Source: Mobula hypostoma (Eukaryota). Taken from it: 64,000 nt of DNA. Both the position numbers and the translations under genes were made by a program. The notes under the pieces are model-generated. The model saw nothing but the letters and a program-made list of their open reading frames with translations. It was not told the origin of the DNA and did no database searches. Shown one piece after another: positions 12,813 through 26,574 of this stretch. The stretch spans positions 48,362,001-48,426,000 of the forward strand of contig NC_086097.1 of NCBI RefSeq assembly GCF_963921235.1, read 5' to 3'. Every line of letters starts with the position of its first letter. Position 1 is the stretch's first letter.

Positions 12813-13613
12813 GAGCACACAAATATGAAGGAACTATCCTGATTTTCTCCCATTCAGATTATCAAGGGAGACGCTGAGACTCGATTTGCCGGTGTAGACT
12901 CTTATCTGTCCATTGTTTTAACATTAAGGGCATCTAGGTAATCCCTCCAGCAGGACACAAGCCCACTGAAATCTCCCAGTTGTAAAGAGATGTATTAAAT
13001 ACTGGGCCAGCTGGGAATGCCAGAATTAGCAATGCAAATGCCTCTTATAAACCACTTAAGTATTTGAATTTTAATCAAATACAGGCTGCTCATTAAGATC
13101 CTAAACAGGAACATGTCAAGCCATGAATGGGTATTTTTCATAATTAAAAAAAACTGTGCATGTGTTGGATTATTGATTGATTAGTTCAATACTGAAGTGC
13201 TAAAATGTAGCGAATAAAATAATATACAAATTAATAACTTAACTTTGGATGCAAACCTAATTGCAGAATAAAATTCCCTTGATTTATTCTAATGTCAGTG
13301 CTGAAATACCTTTATATTTTGCTACTGATACATCAGTAACTATTCCTTGGGTATTTTCTACAAAATACGAATATCACAAATGGAACCTATCTTCATAAAT
13401 AAAATAAATTTGAACAAAATAAATCAGAAAAATAGCAGGTACTGGAAACTATTAAACAGAAATAGAAAATGGTGGAAATTTACATCAGCTTGCCACTGTA
13501 AAAAGAAAAGTTAACTCTATGAATTGTCAGAACTTAAAGAAAATGTAAATATTGCAGTGGTGTTGAAGGGAAACAAAGATGGAAAGAATCGGAAAATATC
13601 ATTGCCTTAAGGA

Positions 13614-13770
13614 ATGGCACATTTTTAAGAGGAAGAGGGGAGTTCTCCCCAGTGGCTTGGCCAATATTTTTCCTTGACCAAGATCACTGATAACCTGGTC
13701 AATATTACACAGATTATTGTTTTCTTCTGAAGTGACACCTTGTGAATGAGAATGAATTGCTTCCAAAATG
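13614..13770 (+). mobile_element. Deu-domain SINE remnant (SacSINE1/AmnSINE1-like)
   Basis: GAAGAGGGGAGTTCTCCCCAGTGGCTTGGCCAATATTTTTCC..ATCACT..CTGGTCA resembles the Deu core. Confidence 0.6.
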
Positions 13771-13789
13771 GTTTAGTTGGTTCTGAACT

Positions 13790-14860
13790 GACTAATGAGG
13801 CAACCGTGGACTCCTCTGCACTTGGGGTAGAATGTGTTGATGAAATGGTGAATACCTTCTCGCACATATAAAGGGCCTCTGGGTATGTTCCTTAGTCATG
13901 ACCTCAAGCTTCTCAATACCATCCCAAATGCTCCTTCTCCACTGTCATGGACTGGAGATTCCCAGGAGTTGGGTGGTGGGGGTGGAGTGGAGATATGTGT
14001 GGATGTTGTATTTTTCAGGGAATCTTTGAGCACATCCTTGAATCTTTTCCTCTATCTGCCTACTAATTCTTTTGCATAACAAAGGTAATCTGTTTTGGGA
14101 GTTTGATGTTGAGTATGCCCAATGTAATTGACTGAATGTGGTTTGGGTCTCAGTGTTGGAGATGTTGCCCTGGAAAAGCATAATGAGATTGATTTACTTA
14201 TTCTTCCACTTAATTTGGGGGATTTTGTGGAGACAGCAATTTTCCATTGCCTTGAGATGCTCACTGAAGACAGTTCAGGTCTCAGAAGAATATCGAAATG
14301 CAGAAAACCATGCATTTTGTGGATGTCTGAAGTCTTGATCTTTAAATGTCCTTTTCCTTAATTGACTAAAAACTAAGTTGACACGTTGAATGTGAATTTT
14401 ATCACTGATGACAGCCTTTGTTGTTACATGACTCCTGAAATACAGGAAGGGGTTTACATTTCCCAAGGTCTTGCCTTGAACCTTTACTGTCAGAGGCAGT
14501 AAGCTATGCCAGAGGCAAGTTGATAGAATACTTTTATCTTGTAGATGTTCAGAGTAAGGCCCTTCCTCTAGCATGTTTTCTGAAAGAAATGGTGCTATCT
14601 AGGAGCTTGGCCTGAGCAAATAAAAAATATAAGCATCATCTGTACCCTACAGCTTGACTACTGAACTTTAGGTGTCCTTGGTTTTAAAGGATTGTTGTCA
14701 TAGTCGTCATTGCACCACTGATGACTCAGTGACCTGAGGGATGGGTACCAGCTGTCTGCCTGCCTAACATCCTATCACTGATGTCCTTTGTCACAAGTCC
14801 TTGCCACTTGCCTTCAAACAGAGAGCATGGAGTAGAGGCCTGGATTCCTGCCTGACCTCT
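13790..14860 (-). mobile_element. RTE (BovB-like) LINE remnant
   Basis: Minus-strand YSSET*TVFSEHLKAME, SQLHWA, LPKQI, RKRFKDVLKDSL. Confidence 0.7.
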
Positions 14861-15964
14861 AGCTCCCCCACATCTCTGACTCTAAACACTAACCTGACCT
14901 TTAACTCCCTCTTTATCTCCAAAACCATCCCTACAAACCTGAAATATAACAAAGTATGAGCCACAGCCTTGACAGATACTGCAGGTTCTTTCTTGATGTC
15001 TCCGTCCTATTAGTTCTTGATTCCCATTAGTCATGTCATAATTTGGATTTACTTGATAATGTGCCGTGCAGTCAGTATTTCACCCTGGTTTCTACATTGC
15101 AGCAGACTAGACACTATGCTCTAAAAATATTCCAGCAATGCTGAGGTATTTTGGTAATGGGCAGTGTACTGTGGAAATCCTTTTCTAAATAGCCAAGGTG
15201 CTTGGGCGTAAATTATTTTGATGATTGTAATTTCCTTGTTTTTCCTTCCATTTCCTTGACAGATATTTTTTACAGATGGCAATTTATACTGGACACTGAT
15301 CCTAACATATTATTCCAAATATGTTGCACTAGCTTGGGAGGATCAGCAGATTATTTGGCAACAGTGGTGGTGGAGGTTTCACAGCAGAACCTGATATTTA
15401 CATTCTGGCACCACGCTGGAGCTGGGGGAGGTGTGAGGGTCACCAGACTGTGATTGACAATTAGATCAAACTATGGCTGCTGTTCAGAATGAAGCACAAA
15501 GCTCTTCTATACATATCCTCAATCATGAGTCTTATGAATGCAGGATTTTAAGGTATCAGCTGATTACTTCATTCATATCATGAATTTACTGTGTAAGTTT
15601 ATGATATCCCTGGACTGAAAAATCCACCTCACACACATATTCATCACTGTATCTGATATTAATAACTATCATTTTACTTCAACCTATAATTTTAATAATA
15701 ATTGAAAAATTTCCATCCTTAGCTATATTCTTAACAAATTTATTAATGTACAGCTTTCTTACTTTTGATCAGTATCATCCACAACAATGACCCTCAAACC
15801 TCCCGAAGGAATCTACACAAAGGATCATACATTGCGGCAATATTTTTCTGTTTAAAGAAAAGATTTTTAATACTATACCATGTAAATCTTTGTTTTAAAA
15901 TTGATAGCTATGATAATTCTCATTTCTTGTTCTGAAAGATGTACTACATGAACGTAACTCTCAT

Positions 15965-16780
15965 CCAGGTAGCACCTATGGACAAAAATACAGTTGATGT
16001 TTTGGACGAGAAAACTTTGGCAGGACTGGAGAAAAAAGTTGAGGAGTAGATTTGAAAGGTGAGGGGAGAGGAGAGAGAAACGCCGGGCGATAGGTGAAAC
16101 TTGGAGGGAGAGGGCTGAAGCAAAGAGCTGGGAAGTTGATTGATGAAAGAGACAGAAGGGCATGGAAGAAAGAAGAAAGGGGGGAAGGAGCACCAGAGGG
16201 AGGTGATGGGTGGGCAAGGAGATAACGTGAGAGAGGGACAAGGGGATGGGAAATGGTGAAGGCTGGTGGGGGGATGGAGGCATTACTGGAAGTTTGAGAA
16301 ATCGATGTTCATGCCATCAGATTGGAGGCCACCCAAACAGAATATAAAGTGTTGTTTCTTCAACCTAAGTGTGGCCTTATCCTGACAGTTGAGGAGGACA
16401 TGGATGAACATATCGGAATGGGAATGGGAAGTGGCATTAAAATGAATGGCTACTGGGAGATCCCATTTGTTCTGGCAGATAGAGTGTAGATGCTCGGCGA
16501 AGCGGTCTCCCAATCTACATCAGGTCTCACTGATCTATAAGAAGCCATACCGGGAACACTGAACACTGTCTATGACCCCAACAGACTCACAGATGAAGAG
16601 TCACCTCACCTGGAAGGACTGTTTGGGGCCCTGAACGGTAGTCAGGGAAGAGGTGTGGGGGCAGGTGAAACACTTGTTCTGCTTGCAGGGCTGAGTGCCA
16701 GGAGGGGGATCAGTGGGGAGGGACGAATGGACAAGGGAGTCGTGTAGGAAGCGATCCCTGCGGAAAGGAGAAAGTGGGGG
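15965..16780 (-). mobile_element. PLE family 1, GIY-YIG end and 3' terminal repeat
   Basis: GDRFAEHLHSI..DLPVAIHFNATSHSH..LQSDGMNIDFSNFQ*. Confidence 0.9.
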
Positions 16781-16782
16781 GG

Positions 16783-17185
16783 AGTAATGCCTCCACCATT
16801 ACTCCCCCCACTCCCCCTTCACCATTTCCCATCCCCTTGTCCCTCTCTCATGTTACCTCCTTGCCCACCCATCACCTCCCTCTGGTGCTCCTCCACCCCC
16901 CGACCCCCCTTTCTTCTTTCTTCCTTGCCCTTCTGTCTCTTTCACCAATCAACTTCCTAGCTCTTTGCTTCATCCCTCTCCCTCCAAGTTGCACCTATTG
17001 TCTGCTGTTTCTCTCCCCTCCCCCCACCTTTCAAATCAAGCTTTTTTTCTCCAGTCCTGCCGAAGGGTTTGACCCGAATCGTTGACTACTTTTTTTCCAT
17101 AGATGCTGCCTGGCCTGTTGAGTTCCTCCAGCATTTTGCGTGTGTTGCTCGGATTTCCAGCGTCTGCAGAATTTTTTGTGTGTTG
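16783..17185 (+). mobile_element. Inverted copy of the PLE 3' terminal repeat (decayed HHR at about 17053-17087)
   Basis: Starts at the ORF stop (GTAATGCCTCC) and mirrors 16283-15965. Confidence 0.85.
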
Positions 17186-18504
17186 TGACTCTCACCCGTG
17201 TGCTTCCAGTGCATGTCACAATCTTTCGCTTTGCCAACCTTTAACTTGTATTTTAACCTAGTGATGGTGAAATTGCTTGAGTGTATCTCCATGTGTACAA
17301 AGTATTTTTGGAGACTTACCATTTTCCTTAGAGAGGACAGTCATCTGGTGTAGCTATTTTGTAGCAATGCATTGCTAACTCAGTCTACAGCAGGGGCTTA
17401 AGTCTCGTTGGTGAAATATCTGCCTTACAAAATAACCATTATTTCTTTTGTCAAGTGAATGATTTATCCCCTCGTGTAGTTGTGCAACTGATGATTGGAA
17501 TGGAATCTTAAGAAGATTTTCTTTAGGATGGTTGAGGAGATTTATGAATGGCACTTGGAAAGTTTTAGATGGATTTGTAGTACTAAAACTGATTTCAGTC
17601 AGAATCTACTGACAAGCTATCCCTTTTCCTAACCTGCACGTATCCACAGCATGTTATATCTGTCTAGGACCTCTGTACATACTGATAAGAGTGCAAAGCA
17701 CAGCAAGCTAGGGTGGCAAGGGCCAGTGGTGATGATTCATCACTGGACAAATCCTCTGACTAAGTTTAGCCATGTCACTGTCAAATAGGACAACATCTCT
17801 GCCCTGACTGGCAACATTGGGAGCCTTGGCATGTATGCCCTGGTTTGGAAATATTGAGGTCATATATTGAACAAATAGACATGCACTTCAAAATACATAC
17901 TTCAACTCTGTGGAATTTGAGGGGAAGATGATAACAATAGGGCCCCAAAACAAGTGCAAGTAGTAAAAAGCAAAACACCAAATGAATATTGCATCAGAAG
18001 TACTGTATACAGAACACTGATTCATCTTCTCCATGAAAAACATGCTGATGATGTACAAAAACTGGAAGTTTACTTTAATTTAAAGCTCCATAATTACCTG
18101 AGATTAGTAACTTGGAGACAAGAGCTTGAAGTAAGCTGTGACAGTGAGTACATTGTTTCATTACAGAAGCTATCCTTCCATTGCTATTCCGGTACCTTCT
18201 TAGATCATACCTTATGCGATGGGCCTGTGTGTGCATCCATGGACCAACAAATTCAGTCAGACCCACTAATTAAGATCTTGTGTGTAAAATTCTTGTGTTG
18301 ATGGATATTACTTCCAAGAGCGGTAGAGAATTGTGTTAGAGACAAGTGACTGGTACAACTATAGTCCTCAGTCGGAAAACATCACCTTTTGTCGAAGGCT
18401 GTGAAGACAAATCTGAAGTATACTTGTGAAATTAGTTCAGTCAGTTGTTAACACTGCAACGGCTACTCATTCTCAAAGGACATACTGGAAGGTTCATCCA
18501 CCAT

Positions 18505-18800
18505 TTGCTGGAGCTCAGAAATCAGAAGGTGCAATTATGCTGGTGGGTTTATACTTTAGGCCTCCAAATAGCCATCAGGAGGTGGAGGAACCGATATGTC
18601 GATAGAGTATGGAAAGGTGCAGAAACAACAGAGGTGTCGTAAGTGGCTTTTGGATAGGCACTTGAATATGAAGGGAATGGGGGGATATGGATGATACACA
18701 GGAAGAGGACATTTACTATTAATTGGCATCGAGATCAGTACACATCGTGGGCCTAGTGAACTGTCCAGCTGTACAGTTCTATGCTCTATATTCTATTTCA
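18505..18800 (+). mobile_element. CR1 remnant: endonuclease piece joined to 3' end
   Basis: GAIMLVGLYFRPPNSHQEVEE..ERCRNNR followed directly by LLDRHLNMKG and a CR1 3'UTR. Confidence 0.65.
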
Positions 18801-19019
18801 GTCTTGTCATTTTAGAGCAGCCAAGAGTTTCAGTTGTCAAAACAATGGTTGTATTTTGCCAGTCTGCAGATCCAAGGTTAATACTGGAAACCAAAGTAAT
18901 TTCAGTGGTCAATCAAAACTACAAAAGTAATAAGCATTTCATAATTTAGAACCATTTGGATAATGTGAAACTGATATTGCACAATATCTATTTTATAATC
19001 AGACAGACAGACTTCCTAT

Positions 19020-19930
19020 TAAAGATGTTGGTTAATAACCAGTAGATTGAAAAGTGAATTGATACTGGCATAGACTGTTCATTTATCAGTCTTCACACTT
19101 ATTCTAGCAAGTTCAGCTGATAATGCAGATAGTAAATAACATTCAACTGAAAACTACTCTGGCGAGGTTTTACAATTCTAAAAGTAAACGGAGTCCACAG
19201 TATAACTCAGCATACAGTGAGTAAGGCTGCTCATCATTGTAACAAAACATTGAAAACAGGCCAATGTTAAATGGGCTGAGACAACTTTGGCTGCATTGAA
19301 AGAATGTACTCAGTGCCAATGCTTTATATTTGCACCCTGCTACATTGTTGCAGAGGTAGTTGACATGTCTGAAAATAGCTTCAGCTACTTATCATGTTAC
19401 CACATGCACGTTCGCCTCAGACACAATGCAAAACTGGGTGACTGTAGACCCAGGCCAGTTCTGTATGCTCCAAAGCTTCAAATTGAAAAGGAACTGGATT
19501 ATCTAGAACAAAAGGAAACATGAGGAGAGTAAGTGGACTACACTAGTAATGGTTTTGTTTAAAACTGTACAGGGTCTACAACATCCCCACATAGGATCAG
19601 GTTGATATTATCTACTACCTGCTTTGCAAGACTTACACATCGAATTCAAAAATTAAAACTTCCAATCCAACAATTTCATGTCCACCAAGACAGTGAGTAA
19701 TAGCTGACTATTAATAATGCACAATTGTTTCTACTATCTTATGAAGTCACATCTTTGCCTGAGATTTTCCAGGCTATAATGGATGAGATCTCACAAGAAG
19801 TGAATCATGTTTTCTGTAACCAAGATGATCTATTGCTTACTATAGGAACAGGAAAAAAAAAGTCTTCCTGATCTTTGGGGAAGAGTTCAGATTAAATGAG
19901 CACAATGTGAAGTCAAAAGCATCCCTGAGG
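19020..19930 (+). mobile_element. Old Gypsy pol remnant (protease-RT)
   Basis: IDTG, LK..YSGE, RPRPVLYA.KLQIEKELDYLEQ, PEIFQAIMDEI..VFCNQDDLL. Confidence 0.7.
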
Positions 19931-21701
19931 CACTAAACGGAAGCAGTGGCTCAGCAGGTGAATTCACTACTTGATGCAGACCTGACCCAAGAAGGCCCTT
20001 GGTTTGATCATCTGCCTTTACTGTAATAGTTCAACTCAGCTGGAGCAATGATTTACTTGAAACAAGTGGCTTTGGTATTCCTGGATTAGGGCACTCAATT
20101 ATTTGAGTTGCCTCTTCAGAAATCCATCCTGACATCAGTGACTTGCTGTCCAAAAGTAATTCATCATATTGTTACATGAAAAGCTGAGAGATTTTGAAAC
20201 ACTAAAGGAAAGAAAAGGGTAATTTTATTTATCTTGCATCAGTGATTTCCTTTGGAAGCCCATGTAGCTGAACAGTAAATGAGGAACTGGTGAATAATCT
20301 ACCTACACTCGGATGATGAATGCTAGTACCCGTGAAATTGGTGCTCAGCAAGTGTCCAGGGCTTTGGTTGAGGAGAGGAGAAAAATATAAAAACTCTTCA
20401 TAGTGCACATGCTTACCCTTCACATGCTTATCAGGTCTACCCATAAAGAATTCTTCTTCTTGGATTTAACCATATCTCATAATTATATTGCAGAAGGGAT
20501 TAATTAAAGAGAGTCAATTTCAGGATGATTTGTAATTCTTTCTGTTAAGTTTGAAATCAGTGTTGCACGCAAAATATTGAGCATGTACTTCAAACTTAAG
20601 CTTTAGAATTACCCTTTCAAATTAACCCCGATCAAAGCCAATCAGGGTATTGACTTATTTCGTGGAACAACATAAAATACAACTTGCTGTTTTTAACATT
20701 ACCTCAAATTGCTAGTCAACAAGTTTCCATTAGCCAGCTTAGGAGTAAGCAAATATGAATTCACTTGAAACATGTTTTTTTCTATATATGTGATCACCTT
20801 AGAAATGCTTCAGAAATAAAGGTTTTATAACAATGGCTGATGCCATGCTTTAAGTGATCTCTCAGTATCTCTAATGCTGGCAATGGGTTGAGTGGATATC
20901 ATCAGTTTATCTGTGGCTTTTCTTTCTCAGAAAACTACAGCAAATCTTTCAACTTGTTTCAGTAGTGTAGGGGGTCCCAAATTTTTCTGCATTTTAGATG
21001 GCCTCCAGTGTAGGCAGGTAGAGGTCCTGCCCAATATAAAATGAAATCTCTTGCATATATTCCATTTACGGTTGAATAACTTGCGACCGCAATCAGATTT
21101 TGTTCGCTATCAGTCCATACTCCCACCTATCAATATGGGTCAGTAGAAATTGAGAGGAAGCCACTCTGAGTGGCCACCAAAGGGCAGCTCTGTAGGATAC
21201 TAATTTGCATGAATTAATCTCCCAATAACTGGCCAAAGTCATTGGCTTCAGATATTGAATCTTGCCTGTCTTTAATATGGTAAAAATTGTTACTTTCATC
21301 TATAGGTAATTGCAAACTAAAAATTGGTATCCCGTCATTTATGCTGCTCAATACTTATTCGTTAAAGCAGTAACGGATGAGGCTGTAGAATTCCTACACT
21401 AATGAATTTGTGGAGAAGGATTATGTATAAATCATATCCCGGGAATCTTTTTCCCAAGTGTCACATTTGCTAAGTAAGTTAACTAATACACAGATATCAT
21501 CAACAAAACTTTTATTTGTCTCTGAAAGATTAGACTAATTCATTTCCCAATCCACCAGCAAAAATTAGAAGTGTTTCATCAGTATTCTGGGTAAGTGCCA
21601 TGGTAAGGGAGGTATCTGGAACTAATCTTCAGTTCATCAAATTAAAAGATTTTTAATTGTGTGGATGGAAAGTGTTCTACAAAAGACAGCAGCAAGACAA
21701 A

Positions 21702-21990
21702 AGGGTGACACAGTAGTGTAGTGGGTAGCACAATGCTTTGCAGTTCAGGTGACCCGGGTTCAATTCCCACTGCTGACTGTATGGAATCTGTACATTCTCC
21801 ACTGGACCAAGTGGGTTTCATCTGGCTACTCTGGTTTCCTCCCACAGTCCAAAGATGTACTGGTTGGTAGATTAATTGCTAATTGTAAATAGTTCTGTGA
21901 TGAGACTAGAGTTAAATCTAGGGGATTGCTGTGCTCTGTGGCTCGAAGGGTTGTAAGGGCCTACTTCAAACTCTTCAAACAAATAAAAAC
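21702..21990 (+). mobile_element. tRNA-derived V-SINE (HE1-like)
   Basis: A-box-like head, GGTTCAATTCC B box, V-domain CTCTGGTTTCCTCCCACAGTCCAAAGA. Confidence 0.85.
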
Positions 21991-22124
21991 TTTTGGATGC
22001 CAAGAATAGCAAAGAAAGTTTTGTTTTAATTTTAATTTGTTACCATTTGATGAGTAAGTATTATTGAGACATTCTTAATTAACTAGAGAACTAAATACTT
22101 GACTAATAAACTCCGGACAACACT

Positions 22125-22240
22125 GGCCCGACTGGTCGAGAGGCTGCCTCATAGCTCTAGTGACCCACGTTCGGTCTTGCCCTTATGTTTTGTCTGTGTA
22201 GAGTTTGCACCCTCTCTCTGTGACTGAGTGGGTTTCTCAA
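22125..22240 (+). mobile_element. V-SINE 5' fragment
   Basis: gctgcctcatagctctagtgaccc..gtctgtgtagagtttgcac..gtgggtttctc. Confidence 0.6.
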
Positions 22241-25200
22241 GAATATAAAAGGTAACCAGTTATACATTTCAATACTTGTGGATCCATTCACCCGCTTACC
22301 CATTCAAGATCTGCAGTGGAAGCTCAGATGTTTGCCATGAAGTGCTAGCCTTGGCTCTAATTATCTGTGCACCCTTGTGAGGGCAGGGCGCACTCAAGCA
22401 ACCCATCCTCCAGAACATTACTGCATTACCTTGGACATGTGATGCAGCTTTATGCAGAGTGAACCTACTAGCTGCTTTCAGGATATCGTCCTATCCATTC
22501 CACTCCTATTATGCCACTGCTGGTGCTTGCCAGCCCTAATTGTCACTCCTTACATAGGGATGGTATATTTCTTTAGCTTGTCCTGCAGAAGCTGGCCAGA
22601 AGGTGAGCTGGCAAAGGGATGTGCAGTCTCTGAGACTGTAGTTGTGAGCATGCAACATTCTACCGACAGTGCAATGGTTAAATACACCTTTGTTCTCCAC
22701 TGGTCTGGTGAAACAAGTTGAAAATATCAGGGGGCAGAAATGCGTATGTTTGCCGTCATTAGGATGTGGTTTCAGAGTACTTGGAGGCACATGATAAAGT
22801 AGGTCAATGTCAGCATGGTTTTTTAAGGAGAAATCTTGCCTGACACATTACTGCTATGCCGCAGTTCCACCAACTTTTCTGCAGGATTTGTATTGGGTCC
22901 TTCCAAGATACGTGATCATCAACAACACATCAAAAACTCTTAATCACAAGTAAAACCATTATATTTCGAAACATGCATTTTCTGATTGAATTTTAGCTGC
23001 CCACGACAGCACTGTGCAGCAAAAAGTGCTAAAAAATCCATTGACTTTCTTATATTTTGATAACCAACTGATTAAAACAAAATTGTTGCTGTAACAAAAG
23101 GGTTAATGAAATGTGCTTACTTTGTAGCTTTCCTAGGGATAATCTGAATGGGTACAATTTGCATTTATTCTGAAACTGCCCTAATCTGACAATACTTAGA
23201 CATAGAATTCATTTATGAAGGCAAAGCATTTAAAATTTGATGGCTATTAGAAACAACCAAAGTGATGGCAGCTAAAAATAAAAATGTATAGTAATGTTAT
23301 AAAATCTCAAGGTCAGTCAAGCAATAAACACATCTTTCAAAAATTTCCACTCTTATTTAATCAGACTACCCGCCTTTTGTTTCTTCCCTTCACATTCCAG
23401 AGCAATGCTGTTCATTTAGTTGCTAAGCTTGATTTGACAACATGCCTGGCATATCTGAGTTGGACAAACAGTAGGTATCTGGACTCCACTCAAGTGGCTG
23501 AAGAGAAAAACAAATCTGGGAGGCACGACTGATTGATTGCTCAGTGGCAATGATCCAGAGGATGATCAGTATTCGCAGAAAACTGACAGGGTTCACGTTC
23601 ACAAAAGCAAGAGGTTATGAAACCGGAGCCAGTGATCACACTGTGTTACAAACACAGCCAATAATGTTGCTTTCATATGGTCAAGGTCAGTAAGTGCTAT
23701 GTCTTCTTCAAGAATTTGAGGTTCAAGGAACTGAAAGATGAAATAAATAGAAACAACAAACTAAATGGAAACAGCAAGAAGAATAAAACTGATATTTGAA
23801 AAAAGGAAGTTATTTGAAGTTGTCATGTGTTTTGAAGTAGGTTTCAACTAAATGAAATATGATGGCTTGCTTTAATTTGTACAGTTTGGCATTAAATGTT
23901 TTTAGTATCTGCAGAAGATGATCAACTGGAAACATTGGTTCTGTGCCTTCATTGAGCAACTGGAAATAATACCTGCATTAGATCAACAGAACACTTGGTG
24001 CTTGAGATATACTAATACTGAGGCAAATAATGGATGCTGTTTGGGACACAGATATAAAATTGGGTATAATTCCACTTTCCTGCAATTTACAAGATTTATT
24101 AAGCCATTTAGATTTTTTTTTTGGTCGTGATACTAAACTTTATTAAATGAATTTCTGCTCCCACTAACATTGTGGAGAGAGTATTTTCAAAAGATATCAT
24201 TTAAGTGTACATATCCCAGTGACCTATTGCATAATTCCAGCCAGGGTTATAATGAAATCCAGGCTAGGCTTTACCTTCTATTTTGTTCTGACAGTGTTCC
24301 TCATGAGCCTGTAAAAGTAATAGGCAATTTCTGCACCAGTATCATCTGCAGTTATATTTATTTAAATTAACTTTGTGAAAGAGCTGAGATAAGCGAACAG
24401 GATGACAATTCATTTACATTTAAAACCATCCAAAGAAATAGCAAAATATCATGCCTTATGTTAATAAAGCAATTGAAATGAAAGTTGAGAAAAGTAAGAA
24501 AATTGACCACTTTTAAAGGAAAGCTTCTTAGAAAACAGGAGACCTGTAATCACACTGATCTGGTTCCAGGTTAAGGTGGCTATGTATCTTTAGGCAAAGT
24601 GTCTTTGTTCTTGATACACATTACTGATGAGGAACCTGACAGTATAATTTGCTGGAAATGGACATAGCTCCCAAAGGACCCAATCCAATTATTTCTACAA
24701 TTAGTGAAAGTAGGATATTTAGCTTTGTGTCCACAAAATAAGCAGGCATTCTTTCAGCTGAACAATAATACATAAAGATGGGATTTGTGGAATTGAAAAT
24801 TTTATGAGGTAAGCTATCCTGTGAAATTGCCATCCTACATTGTTAAAGTATTTCATTAAGCTTTGAAACATTGAAAGCTGAAAGAAATTCCCTTCTAACA
24901 AACTGGGAAAAAATTAGCCTGAAGGGACTTTCATAGATTTATAGCAATGAATTTAGTTGCAAATAATCATAACAATTTGGAAAATAACATGTTAACCATA
25001 CTAAGATTTGAACGCATCACTTCTTTGCTTGAAAATGAGGTGCTTAAAATTGTCACAATTTCATTGTATTCTGGGTTTCTCTTCAAGCTAAATGATTATG
25101 TTAACAAATTGAAATTCAGCACTCCGAACATATTTATAAACATTAAGATTTTAAGTGTATATTTGCAAATCATCAATATTGGTCAGGAAGAAGAAATAAT

Positions 25201-25949
25201 AAAATAGAGTTTCGCAACTACTCTCTCAGCATGTTTGCATGCCAATTCCTTGCGTCTTCTGTTTGTCTGTCTGCTTCTGCATGGGGTTTTGACAGACATT
25301 CACCTATTGTTGCCCCTGTACCTGACTTTTTTCTCCTCTCTGTTTGTCTGCCATTGCCCACTGGAGACACTTGTTTCATTTACATGCAGCTGTCAAGCTG
25401 TGGGCATTGTACCAGCATTCCGAGGCAGCCTGCCTGTTGGTGCGAACAAGGGGCTGGAGCAGACGAAAGGTAGTCGCCGTGCTGTATCATGTGAGTGGGC
25501 AGTGCAGCTTTTAGTCTGGGCTTGACAGACCCTTTGTCACCCAAAAGAATTGAACAGAAATCACCTGCTTAATTTTAAGAAGCATCATGTTGACTCTCTG
25601 AAGAGCACTGGTTAGGTTGCACTATACACAACAAAAGAGTGGAATATACTCAATCTATCGTTCTCTGAACTGTGGCTCATCCTAACAATCTGGGCCCTAT
25701 GCATTCACGGGGCTCTAATTTGTTTCTATGTAGGCTGTTGTTAGAAAGAGCCGTGTGCTCTGGCCATCCATTTCAGGAATCCAGCTGATGTATGCAGTAT
25801 AGATGCAACCAGATGATAAATGGCTCCTGCCTCAGTCAGGGTGGGTTGGTGTTGTTGGTGGTGATGATGGTGGGCACGTTAAACCATTACAAATGTGCAA
25901 TGCCTTTATTTGATTATTTAGAATAACACAACACTTGCAGAGTCTTGGC

Positions 25950-26060
25950 ATGAGACATCGACTCTTTATTCTTCTCCATAGATGCTGCCTGATTGCTCAG
26001 TTCCTCCAGCATTATGTGTGTGTAACACTGGATTTCCAGCATCTGCAGAATCTTTTGTAT
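25950..26060 (+). mobile_element. PLE terminal-repeat fragment
   Basis: catagatgctgcctga..agttcctccagca..atttccagcatctgcagaatc. Confidence 0.75.
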
Positions 26061-26574
26061 TTCTGATTAATTTTTTTACCAGATTGCTTTACTTTTCTCA
26101 ACATAAATGGCTATCATTCAAGTTCAAGTTTATTGTCATCTGACTGTACACATATACAGCCAAACAAAAAAATGTTCCTCTGGCAACACACATAAAAATT
26201 GCTGGTGAACGCAACAGGCCAGGCAGCATCTATAGGAAGAGGTACAGTTGACGTTTCGGGCCGAGACCCTTCGCCAGGACTAACTGAAAGAAGAGATAGG
26301 AAGAGATTTGAAAGTGGGAGGGGGAGATCCGAAATTATAGGAGAAGACAGGAGGGGGACGGATGAAGCTAAGAGCTGGAAAGTTGATTGGCAAAGGGATA
26401 TGGGAGAATCATGGGATGGGAGGCCTAGGGAGAAAGAAAGGGGGAGGGGGGAATCCCAGAGGATAAGCAAGTAGTATAGTGAGAGGGACAGAGGGAGAAA
26501 AAAAAGAGAGGAAAAAATACATATATAATAATAAGAAATAAATAACGGATAGGGTACGAAGGGGAGGTGGGGCA

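Noticed and set aside
21702..21775. tRNA gene
   Set aside because: tRNA-derived SINE head continuous with the V-domain
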